NCBI GenBank assembly: GCA_913061495.1
Contig: CAJXVG010000001.1
Span: forward strand, 26,286 to 90,285
Length of the DNA: 64,000 nt
Direction of reading: 5' to 3'
Origin: an uncultured Winogradskyella sp.
GTDB lineage: Bacteria > Bacteroidota > Bacteroidia > Flavobacteriales > Flavobacteriaceae
The notes below the pieces were generated by a model. It saw only the letters and a program-made list of their open reading frames with translations. It did no database searches and was not told where the DNA came from. Position numbers and translations under genes: made by a program. Positions 31,184 to 39,600 of this stretch are shown here, piece after piece. The first letter of the stretch is position 1. Each line of letters starts with the position of its first letter.

Positions 31184-32245
31184 ATGGCAGATTTAAGCCT
31201 CGCAAAACAATGCGATATAATTTTTAAAACGGAAGAAGTTTGGGAAGAGTCCCAAAAAATAACCGATATGTATACTGCAGATGCTGAAAGCATCAAGGCC
31301 TTAGCTGCTCAGCAGGCCAACAGAGTGCAGTTAGTGAGCAGCCTTGAGAATCCTGAGCTAGAAGACGATGTCGTTAAGGTTGTATGGATTGACAATTGTG
31401 GAGACGAGTTGGATGCAGACGTTCAAGATGTTTGTGATTTTGATGGAGAAGCTGCAGGATTGAATTCTAAGAACTTTCAGTTGAACTCTGAAAAGTCTTT
31501 TTCTTTTTCTGTAGACGAAAATGATTTAAGACGCAATAGATATTCTTTGGAAGAATATGTGGCGCGCCAATTGTTATCAAAGACGAAGTTAATGGACGAG
31601 TATCTTAACGCACAGTCATTATTGTTCTTATCTGCAAATGCAGGTTACAATAAAAATGCAGGAGGATATACGTTGAACGGTAGTACTTTGGAAGTTCCAG
31701 AATCTGATTACAATCTTGATCTTTTGGTTAAGATGGTGGTTGATGCAAAAATCAACAAGATCAGTGACCCTTTCTTATTAGATAGTGGTACGTTGTATCA
31801 GCAATATCTTAAAGCAGAATTGGATGCACGAAACAGTGAAGGTGATGGTGACAACAGAAGAAAAATGTTATTCCCTACTTCATTTGATTTAGTTGGTTTC
31901 CCAACTGCTCCAGTGACTGATTCTAGTTTCTTGGTGAACCCTGGTTCTTATGCTTTTGCGCATAGAAACTATAACCCAATGGAGCCAACATCGTTTAACC
32001 CTACAAACGGGTGGACACAACGTTACTCGATTCCATCCAATAACATTCCTGGTCTTAGATATGATATCTATTACAAGTATGAATGTTCTGGAAAGCGATT
32101 CAAGCACGTATGGTATGGTACAGTAAACTTCGGTTTCTTACTTAACCCTGTTGGCTGTGATGTTCAGGTTGATGCCGGACCACCAATTGTTAACGATCAA
32201 GTATCAGGCATTCTGTCTTATACCAAGGTAGCCAATCCTGAATAA
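31184..32245 (+). CDS. Major capsid protein (probable)
   Basis: 353 aa after scaffold, strong A-rich initiation region, followed by a hairpin. Confidence 0.72.
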   Translation: MADLSLAKQCDIIFKTEEVWEESQKITDMYTADAESIKALAAQQANRVQLVSSLENPELEDDVVKVVWIDNCGDELDADVQDVCDFDGEAAGLNSKNFQLNSEKSFSFSVDENDLRRNRYSLEEYVARQLLSKTKLMDEYLNAQSLLFLSANAGYNKNAGGYTLNGSTLEVPESDYNLDLLVKMVVDAKINKISDPFLLDSGTLYQQYLKAELDARNSEGDGDNRRKMLFPTSFDLVGFPTAPVTDSSFLVNPGSYAFAHRNYNPMEPTSFNPTNGWTQRYSIPSNNIPGLRYDIYYKYECSGKRFKHVWYGTVNFGFLLNPVGCDVQVDAGPPIVNDQVSGILSYTKVANPE

Positions 32246-32291
32246 GTATTTAAACAAGGGCGGTTTTTTTAGCTGCCCTATTATAAAAATT

Positions 32292-32636
32292 ATGAAAGCG
32301 ATTCATAAGGTTTTTATTGTTGCCTTGCTATTTGTGGGTACAACGGGATTCGGTTTAACTACTACCGACCTGAGCCAAAATTCGGAACCTGAAATTGTTA
32401 TTTGCGATCAAGCAGATTCAAATTCAGTTGATCTAGTTATTTCAGAAATGGATTTTTCTTTTGATCTATCCATTGTGGTTGTCCATCAAGAGGATATACC
32501 ATTTAATGATTTTTTAAAAACAAAGGAGCTTGATCATTCAATCTATGTTATCGACGATGTGGGTTGGCAAAGATTAAAAGCTTCTTATGATTATAAAGAT
32601 TTACGATGTCCTAGAGACGGTTTAAACCGTAGATAG
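32292..32636 (+). CDS. Exported hypothetical protein
   Basis: N-terminal signal-like hydrophobic segment. Confidence 0.6.
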   Translation: MKAIHKVFIVALLFVGTTGFGLTTTDLSQNSEPEIVICDQADSNSVDLVISEMDFSFDLSIVVVHQEDIPFNDFLKTKELDHSIYVIDDVGWQRLKASYDYKDLRCPRDGLNRR

Positions 32637-32656
32637 TGGTGATGTCGCTAAAAATA

Positions 32657-32687
32657 AAAAAGCCGTATATCAACTATACGGCTTTTT
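32657..32687 (+). terminator. Intrinsic terminator-like hairpin
   Basis: Perfect 13-bp inverted repeat AAAAAGCCGTATA/TATACGGCTTTTT. Confidence 0.8.
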
Positions 32688-32694
32688 AAAAAAT

Positions 32695-32766
32695 CGTGAG
32701 GTAGAGCAGGAGTAGATCGTTGGGCTCATATCCCAAAGGTCACGGGTTCGAATCCCGTCCTCGCTA
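32695..32766 (+). tRNA. Phage tRNA-Met(CAT), initiator (fMet) type, no encoded CCA
   Basis: C1xU72 mismatch, GGG/CCC anticodon stem, loop CTCATAT, GGTTCGAATCCC T arm; D stem has one mismatch. Confidence 0.85.
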
Positions 32767-32923
32767 CAAAGTCCCGGGACGTATTAATCCTTGTTTGTCG
32801 ACAATGTAGGCCGTAATGATGCCAAAGGTCAATTGAACATCCGGGACTGCTTATTACTAAGCTTTTCATGTGTTCAAATCATTATTAGACTGACGTGGGA
32901 AAGACCTCTTTTAAATAAATGTT

Positions 32924-33949
32924 ATGAAAGACTGTTTTAAAAATCTCGTTGGGCTTTCACAATCTGAATGTGATTGCTATGTTTTTGATGAATCGTTAAA
33001 GGAAAGTAATCTTGGCCTGTTTATAGATGATCTTGAGGGTATTGACCTCCAATTACTTAAGAGCGCAATTGGATGCGGTGAAACACTTCAAAAAGCATTT
33101 GAAAAATCATACAGCTCGGCCATTAATTTCTTTGAGAGTGATCTTCAGGTATATATCTCTGAAAGCCATAGACAAAAATACAGTCCTTATGTGGGTCGTA
33201 TCGGTGAACGAAAGTTTGACAGACCCATTGGAACTTCAACCTTATCTGGTTTAAAGCTTGAGACAAATAACATTGACAGCGCTTCAATAGTGATAAAGAA
33301 CATATCTTTATTTTTTGATGCTGTAGGTACCATATCATTGCAGGTTTATAAAAACAATGAGGCACTTGGTGATCCTTATGAAATAGAAGTGGTTGACGGT
33401 GTTAAAGAATTTACTTTACCAGACGCACTTAATCTTCCTATCTCAGAGTTTGGAGTCAAAAACGATTATTATTTTCTCTATACTTCAGATGGACCACAAC
33501 CACAGAATAATAAAAGTTCCTGCAGCTGTAACGGTATTGAGTCCATTAGAGGTAAATTCTTAAAACCTAAAGGTGTTTCTGGTACAGCGTACCATGACCT
33601 AAAACAGGATTCAACTTATGCATTTGGACTGAGTATCAACGCAACAATTAGCTGCAGTATAGATAGTATGCTGTGTGATTTTATGGTAGACAGTACTTTC
33701 AACCGTAGGGCAGGAATAGCATTGTGGTATAAAGTGGGAGTTCTTATGATAGAAAAAGTGTTCTCATCACGTGAAATAAATTATGATACCATGAGCGATC
33801 GTGAATACCTCTATGGACGAAAGCGAAAGTTTGAAAAAGAATATAAAAACCTATTGGTATGGTTGTCTGAAAATACAACTATAAAAAATTCAAACTGCTT
33901 TATCTGTAATAACAATAAGCGCATGACAATGGGTAAAAATTTGATATGA
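32924..33949 (+). CDS. Virion structural protein (head-tail joining region)
   Basis: Cys-rich termini, position between capsid and neck genes. Confidence 0.55.
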   Translation: MKDCFKNLVGLSQSECDCYVFDESLKESNLGLFIDDLEGIDLQLLKSAIGCGETLQKAFEKSYSSAINFFESDLQVYISESHRQKYSPYVGRIGERKFDRPIGTSTLSGLKLETNNIDSASIVIKNISLFFDAVGTISLQVYKNNEALGDPYEIEVVDGVKEFTLPDALNLPISEFGVKNDYYFLYTSDGPQPQNNKSSCSCNGIESIRGKFLKPKGVSGTAYHDLKQDSTYAFGLSINATISCSIDSMLCDFMVDSTFNRRAGIALWYKVGVLMIEKVFSSREINYDTMSDREYLYGRKRKFEKEYKNLLVWLSENTTIKNSNCFICNNNKRMTMGKNLI

Positions 33950-34074
33950 TTTACAGGGAAGCCGAAAACTGAACAGAGTAGGCATGTAACCATGAAAAAT
34001 TCAAGAAGATGGTAACAAATTTTAACAAAAAGGATTTAGTTGAATTCGGCAAGGAAAGAATTTAAATTAAAACG

Positions 34075-34100
34075 GTCGGTGTTTAACAGCACCGACTTTT
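34075..34100 (+). terminator. Terminator-like hairpin overlapping next initiation region
   Basis: GTCGGTGTT..AGCACCGAC-TTTT. Confidence 0.6.
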
Positions 34101-34104
34101 CAAT

Positions 34105-34638
34105 ATGACCTTAGAAGAGTTCCAGAATAATTTAGAGAATGCCGTAGAGCGCACCATAGAGGATTTAAAGCCAACTATGGAGGAAGCTGCTTTAACAGCA
34201 AAGGCATTCATAAGAAATAGAATTCAAAATAACGGTATAAGTAGAAATTATTCAAGAAATTCTTTACCTACATTTTTTTTTAGAGGTAAAGGACTAAAAA
34301 AATCGACTGAAAGTTATTTAGATAATAAGGACAAAGATAGAGAAGGTGTTAGTTATTCAGAATGGAGACAAGTAAACGGATTGCCAATTAATAATGTTAG
34401 ATTAACCTTCACAGGGAAGATGTTTGCTAATTGGCAACGGCCTGGTCATTACAGAAGAGGATTTGTAGTGGGTGGTTCTGTTGGAGGTACCGATAAGGCA
34501 ACCAAAAACAAACTCGCGTGGAACAAAGCCAGGTACCCAAATTTTGACCGAGTCAAGGAAGATGAAAAGGAGCTTCTTAAAGAAAGCTTTCTGAAGCCTA
34601 AGATAGTTGAACTACTTGACAAAAACTTGAAACTATGA
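34105..34638 (+). CDS. Neck/tail completion protein (probable)
   Basis: Basic protein with V.LTFTG.M motif typical of phage morphogenesis proteins. Confidence 0.6.
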   Translation: MTLEEFQNNLENAVERTIEDLKPTMEEAALTAKAFIRNRIQNNGISRNYSRNSLPTFFFRGKGLKKSTESYLDNKDKDREGVSYSEWRQVNGLPINNVRLTFTGKMFANWQRPGHYRRGFVVGGSVGGTDKATKNKLAWNKARYPNFDRVKEDEKELLKESFLKPKIVELLDKNLKL

Positions 34639-35261
34639 ACGCTATAATTGCATCCATTTTAAAGTCCAAGCTCAGCGAAATAGAATTCGTAGATAAGAAG
34701 GCAGGTCTTGTCCACACAGCTGAAAAATCTGAACCAACAGATGTAGAAGGAGCATTTGCAGTCCGGAAGTTTCCCATTAGCAACGATGTGGATTATGAGG
34801 AATGTTTTAATTCTGGTGCATTTAAAGACTTGATACCAAACTCCAAGAGCAAAGGGATTCTATATTTTGAGGACAATGGAAGTGTGCCAATAGAGGGAAG
34901 AACTGGATCACAAAACTATAGGTCTAAATTACGTTTGGTTTGTTGGATCAACAATAGGATGATTCAAGGAAATAACTCTGAGCCTATTGCACATTTATTG
35001 ATCAACCAAATTAGACAAAGTTTGGAGATAGGATATTTTAATGAAAATAACATCTCAAGAATAAGGGTATCATCAACAAATATAGTATCCAATGACCTCA
35101 AGCTATTTTCAAAATATACTTATCCAAGTGAGAGCTTAAAATATCTAATGTTTCCATACGAGGCATTTGGTATTGACTTGAGTGTAGAATTTTCAATCGG
35201 CCAATCTTGTTTGCCGGATTTGGTAATCGAATCAGCAAACTGTAATCCAGAAGAATCATGA
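34635..35261 (+). CDS. Tail terminator-like protein
   Basis: Position and LRLVCWIN beta-strand pattern. Confidence 0.5.
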   Translation: MNAIIASILKSKLSEIEFVDKKAGLVHTAEKSEPTDVEGAFAVRKFPISNDVDYEECFNSGAFKDLIPNSKSKGILYFEDNGSVPIEGRTGSQNYRSKLRLVCWINNRMIQGNNSEPIAHLLINQIRQSLEIGYFNENNISRIRVSSTNIVSNDLKLFSKYTYPSESLKYLMFPYEAFGIDLSVEFSIGQSCLPDLVIESANCNPEES

Positions 35262-35566
35262 TACAGTTTTTATTCAATGCATTTTTGATATCAGCTATAA
35301 CTTACCTTTACATGACAGTATTGAAAAGCTATTTGTTAAGTGAATGGTTCCAATTCGGGTTTAAAAAATTTGGAAAGTACGAGGGGACTTGGAAAGAGTA
35401 TTTGTATATGCCTATTTGGGGATGCCAATATTGTTTTGCAGGTCAATTTGCACTATGGAGTTTTATTATTTTATTTGATTGCTACCATGTGTTTCTGCAC
35501 TTGGGATTCATAGCAGTTTCAATTTTATTTACAAAAATCATCTATGACAGAACTAAAGACTATTAA
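35258..35566 (+). CDS. Small membrane protein with CxxC (DUF1360-like)
   Basis: Three hydrophobic segments, PIWGCQYCFAGQ. Confidence 0.55.
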   Translation: MIQFLFNAFLISAITYLYMTVLKSYLLSEWFQFGFKKFGKYEGTWKEYLYMPIWGCQYCFAGQFALWSFIILFDCYHVFLHLGFIAVSILFTKIIYDRTKDY

Positions 35567-36074
35567 ACCAGAGGTAGGTTTTAAATTTGAGGCCAATGGA
35601 AAGAACTTTGTTATTGAAGACAAACTATCCATAGCACGTGCAATTGAAGCTTCAAAGTTAGAACTTGAACTGTTTGATCTATCCTCAAAAACAATCAAAA
35701 ATATTTTGATTGGGGCTTACAATGATCTTAATGGTACCAACAAGGACCGATCTGTAAAATTTGCAGATGCAGCTATTAAAATCCACAACCTGGTCAATAA
35801 GATACAGAGCAATCTTAATTTTAAGGACGTAGCTGTTTTAAGGTACTGCGCGCTTTATATTAATCATTCTGAAGAAGACAGAAGAACGATTTCAGAGGAA
35901 CAAATATCAGAAAAGATTAATCACTGGCAGGAGGCAGGATATGAAATATCGGGTTTTTTTTTGCTAGTACTGTCTGTGCTTCCAAGCGTGAAGAAAGACT
36001 TCAGCAAGTACATGGAGGATATTTCAAGCAAAGTAATAAAGGAAAGCCAAAAGAAAACAAAGAACAATACCTAG
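35544..36074 (+). CDS. Tail assembly chaperone (lambda G-like)
   Basis: Upstream of tape measure; slippery G GGT TTT at 35951-35957. Confidence 0.7.
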   Translation: MTELKTIKPEVGFKFEANGKNFVIEDKLSIARAIEASKLELELFDLSSKTIKNILIGAYNDLNGTNKDRSVKFADAAIKIHNLVNKIQSNLNFKDVAVLRYCALYINHSEEDRRTISEEQISEKINHWQEAGYEISGFFLLVLSVLPSVKKDFSKYMEDISSKVIKESQKKTKNNT

Positions 36075-36256
36075 ACGTTGACAGGATCAGCATCGATAAA
36101 GAATACTCGTCATTAATTTACCAAATTTCAAAAGGAGACGTTACACAATACGAAGCTCTGAAAAAAGTAGACGAAGAGGAATTTTACCATATTCTACAGA
36201 GCCATCAAAAAAGGATAGAGTTTGAATCAAAACATCCACGTGTGCCATTTTTTTAA
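35951..36256 (+). CDS. -1 frameshift extension of tail chaperone (GT-like)
   Basis: -1 frame opens just after a TGA, shortly before the slippery site, has no ATG, and runs ~100 codons to TAA 36256. Confidence 0.7.
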   Translation, partial: GFFFASTVCASKREERLQQVHGGYFKQSNKGKPKENKEQYLDVDRISIDKEYSSLIYQISKGDVTQYEALKKVDEEEFYHILQSHQKRIEFESKHPRVPFF

Positions 36257-36432
36257 TCTTTGAACCATTCGAAAATATAATCTCCTGGGCCAAGGCTAGT
36301 TTTTAATGTATGGAAGCCCTCATCATTAAAAATAGCATCAGCTGTTTCTGTCCCACTATTTTCTCTTTGTATTTTTACTTTATAATTTCCATGTGATTCC
36401 GGAAACTCATCTTCTAAATTTATATAAGGCAT
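36253..36432 (-). CDS. Small antisense moron protein (59 aa, not in ORF track)
   Basis: MPYINLEDEFPESHGNYKVK..YIFEWFKD; clean ATG-TAA ORF. Confidence 0.55.
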   Translation of the reverse strand: MPYINLEDEFPESHGNYKVKIQRENSGTETADAIFNDEGFHTLKTSLGPGDYIFEWFKD

Positions 36433-36436
36433 AACT

Positions 36437-36556
36437 TTAATAATTTTCTATATATCCTATAATGGCTATTATTAATATAATGATTACAAAAACCAATTTG
36501 CTGTGTCTAAATCTGAACATCCACATTCTAGGGTCGTTGCTTTTATAGTTTTTCAT
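36437..36556 (-). CDS. Small single-TM moron protein (39 aa, not in ORF track)
   Basis: MKNYKSNDPRMWMFRFRHSKLVFVIIILIIAIIGYIENY; own TAAATTTG promoter at 36575-36582. Confidence 0.55.
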   Translation of the reverse strand: MKNYKSNDPRMWMFRFRHSKLVFVIIILIIAIIGYIENY

Positions 36557-36574
36557 AGGGCTATTTATTTGCTT

Positions 36575-36591
36575 CAAATTTAATACATTTG
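36575..36591. promoter_or_regulatory. Back-to-back TAnnTTTG promoters (moron leftward, tape measure rightward)
   Basis: CAAATTTA 36575-36582 and TACATTTG 36584-36591. Confidence 0.6.
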
Positions 36592-36605
36592 TAATACTTA
36601 CCACT

Positions 36606-36661
36606 GGAGCGTTCCGAAGCTCAACAATAACGGAATTTACATTTTAATCCATTCCGTTATG
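36606..36661 (+). ncRNA. Leader pseudoknot/anti-AUG switch, copy C
   Basis: GAGC/GCUC stem, loop UUCCG pairs CGGAA after AACAAUAA; AUAACGGAAU also pairs AUUCCGUUAU (10 bp) covering the AU of the AUG. Confidence 0.75.
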
Positions 36662-39600
36662 GCAAATGATGAAGTATTAATTAAAGTAGCTGCAGACCTT
36701 TCTCAGCTTAAAGAAGATTTTAACAATCAGGAAGCGCTATGGACCAAACACAACCAAGCGGTTAAGGAGGGCGAAAAAGCCATAAAAGACTATGTTAAAA
36801 CTACTGTGGCAGAAAACAAGAAAGTTGACAAGGCCATACAATCAAACATCGATAAAGTTGCAGCTGAAGGAAAGGCGCTCGATGCATTAGAAAAGAAATT
36901 TGAGACACTTGGAAAGAAGAACGAGAAATCATTCGACACCAAAAAAATAGATGATTTCAACAATAAACTTGCTAGTGTATCAAAAAACATAAACAACTTA
37001 GAGCAGTTCGACCTTGATGTTGATGACATTGATTACCTAACAAAAAAACTATCTACAGCACAAGATGATTTCGAGGCACTGAATGTTCTGGTGGATTTCT
37101 TTGAGGGAAAAATGAAATCTTCAGCTTCTTCAGTTGCAGATTCATTTGATGTTATAAAGAAGAAGATAGACGAAACCAAACTAAATATTTCATCAACAGA
37201 AGGATTCATTAAGGAGATTGATAAACGTATAGATAAAACTGCTCCAGGTCTTACACAAGCCTCTTTAATTACAGAGCGTGATGCTGCAGCACAAGCCTTG
37301 AGGGAAGAGAAGGTTGCGTTGGCCGATTATCAATCTCAACTTAAAAAAGCACGTGAAGAAAATGTTTCCATGGCCACACAGCTTAGACGTGTTAAGGACG
37401 AGCTTGTACAGTTGGAAATTGAAGGAAAGCGTGGCGGTGATCGATGGATTGAACTATCGGAAAAAGCTGAAACCTATAACGATGCCATTGCATCCACAAA
37501 TTCTGAATTACGAAGAACGGCTTCTACCACCCAGGGACTTGACAACATTATAGGAGCTGCTACAGGAATTGTAGCAGCTTTCACGGTTGCACAAGGAGCC
37601 ACGGCACTGTTCGGTGAAGAAAATGAAGACCTAGAAAAATCATTGGTTAAAGTCACAGGTGCAATAGCGTTGCTAAATGGGCTTCAGCAGATCCAGACAG
37701 AGCTTTCAAAAAAAGAAACCATTGCGGCCAAAGCACTGACTTTTGTGAGAGCTCAGTATGCATTGGCCACAGATGCAGGTGCAAAATCGACCGTAAGATT
37801 GGCTGCAGCAACAAAGTTATTGGGCATAGGTTTATTGGTTGGTGCACTTGCAGCTATAGTTGTCTATTGGAAAGATATTTCGAAGTTCATAGGAATAATA
37901 AGTGATAAAACGGAAAGGCTTAATGATGTTCAGAAAAAATCAAATGAAATTGCAGGAGATCAGATTGCTAAGCTTTCTATACTTGTAGATCGAGTTAAGG
38001 AAGGGGAACTTTCATTCATTCAGAAAACAGAAGCAGTTGAGAATTATAATAAAGAGTTTGGAAGTACATTAGGTACCGTTAAGAGCTATACCGAGCTTGA
38101 GAAGAAACTCATTGAGCAAGGTGCCGATTATATTGCTTATTTAGGATTGAAGGCAAGAGCAGAAGCCGCTTATCAACTTGCTGTAGAGAAATCAAAGGAA
38201 GCGCTTGAAAAAAGAAATAACACAGAAATTGGTTTAACTGATGTAGCTGTTTCAGCAGGTTCTTTTGTTGGTCAGGCGACAGGTGGGCAATTTTTAACCC
38301 CTGGTGAAGTATCCCAAATTTCAAACAATGTTGATGCCAACGATTTAGAAAATGATTCAAAGGCATTTTTAGAAGAGCAGGAAAAACTACAGGCCGAATT
38401 AGAGAAGTTGGCGAAAAAACTCGGCATAACTATCAAGACCGAAAATAAGGACCTGGTAAAAGAATATGAAAAACTGAGTGATGTACTCGCTTCTTTAATA
38501 GACCAACAGGAAGCTTATAGAATCAATGCGATAGAAAACTCTAGAGAGCGTGAAAAAGAAATCTTAAAGGCACGGTTGAATGATGAGCGAGACAAATACA
38601 AATCTGAAATCGATAACCTGAAGGTTTCAGAAGAAAAAAAGGCAAAACTGAGGGAGGCGTTCAATAAACTTTACAACGAGCAGACAGGTGCAGCTTATGA
38701 GCAATTGAGAAAGGATATTGCCGCAGTTGATAAAAAATATAATGAAGAACTTGAAAGCGTACAATTTAAAGCACTTTCGGCTATAGATGCAATACTGGTT
38801 TCTGAGACCGAGAATGACCGTGAAGCAATACAAGAGCGATGGGATAATATTCGAGATGAGATTGAAGATCAAATTGAGAAGACAAACGACAAATTTAAAA
38901 AAGAAGGACTTCGTGTCGTATTGGATGAAATAGACACGGCCGAATCCAAGGAACTGGAAACCTTTGACAGAGGTGCAGATCTAGATAGGGTTGATAGAGA
39001 AAAGGAAATCGCCCAATCTATACTGGCCATACAGCAGGCCAACATATCAGAGATCATAAATAATGAAGAACTCAAAAGGTTTCAATTACTTAACCTTGAG
39101 CGCGACTACCTAAATGAGATCCTCTCTACATATCAAGATTCATTTGATAGTTTGGAAGACCAGGGGTTGTTCAATGAATTGGTAGACACCCTGGTGAACA
39201 GTTTGGATTCAGACGAGATACTTGAAGCCGGAAACAAGCTGAAGGAAGCGTTTGGAGAGGACATTGCAAAAGAGGTATTGCAAACCGTAGGTGCACTTAA
39301 AGAAGTCGGGAACGAGATAGATGAGATTGCTAAAAAGTCTGGTTCAGAAATAGGAAGTGAGATTGCGCAAGCGTTTGGTTCTATAGAAGGTTTTGCAAAA
39401 AAACTTGGAGAAACATTAGGTATAGAAGGGGAAAAATTAAATGAATTCATACAAGCTTTTGCTGATTTTGCAATAGTAACATACGATTCTATTAAACAAA
39501 TTGCCGAACTCGAAGTTCAAGAGAGACAAGCTAAAGTAAATGCTATTGAAGAAGAAATTGATTCTGTAGAGGATGAGCTTGAACGCGAACAACAGTTATA

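Noticed and set aside
32767..32923. Self-cleaving ribozyme (hammerhead or HDV-like theta) after the phage tRNA
   Set aside because: No CUGANGA/GAAA core and I could not build the nested double pseudoknot by eye; kept only as an unassigned structure.
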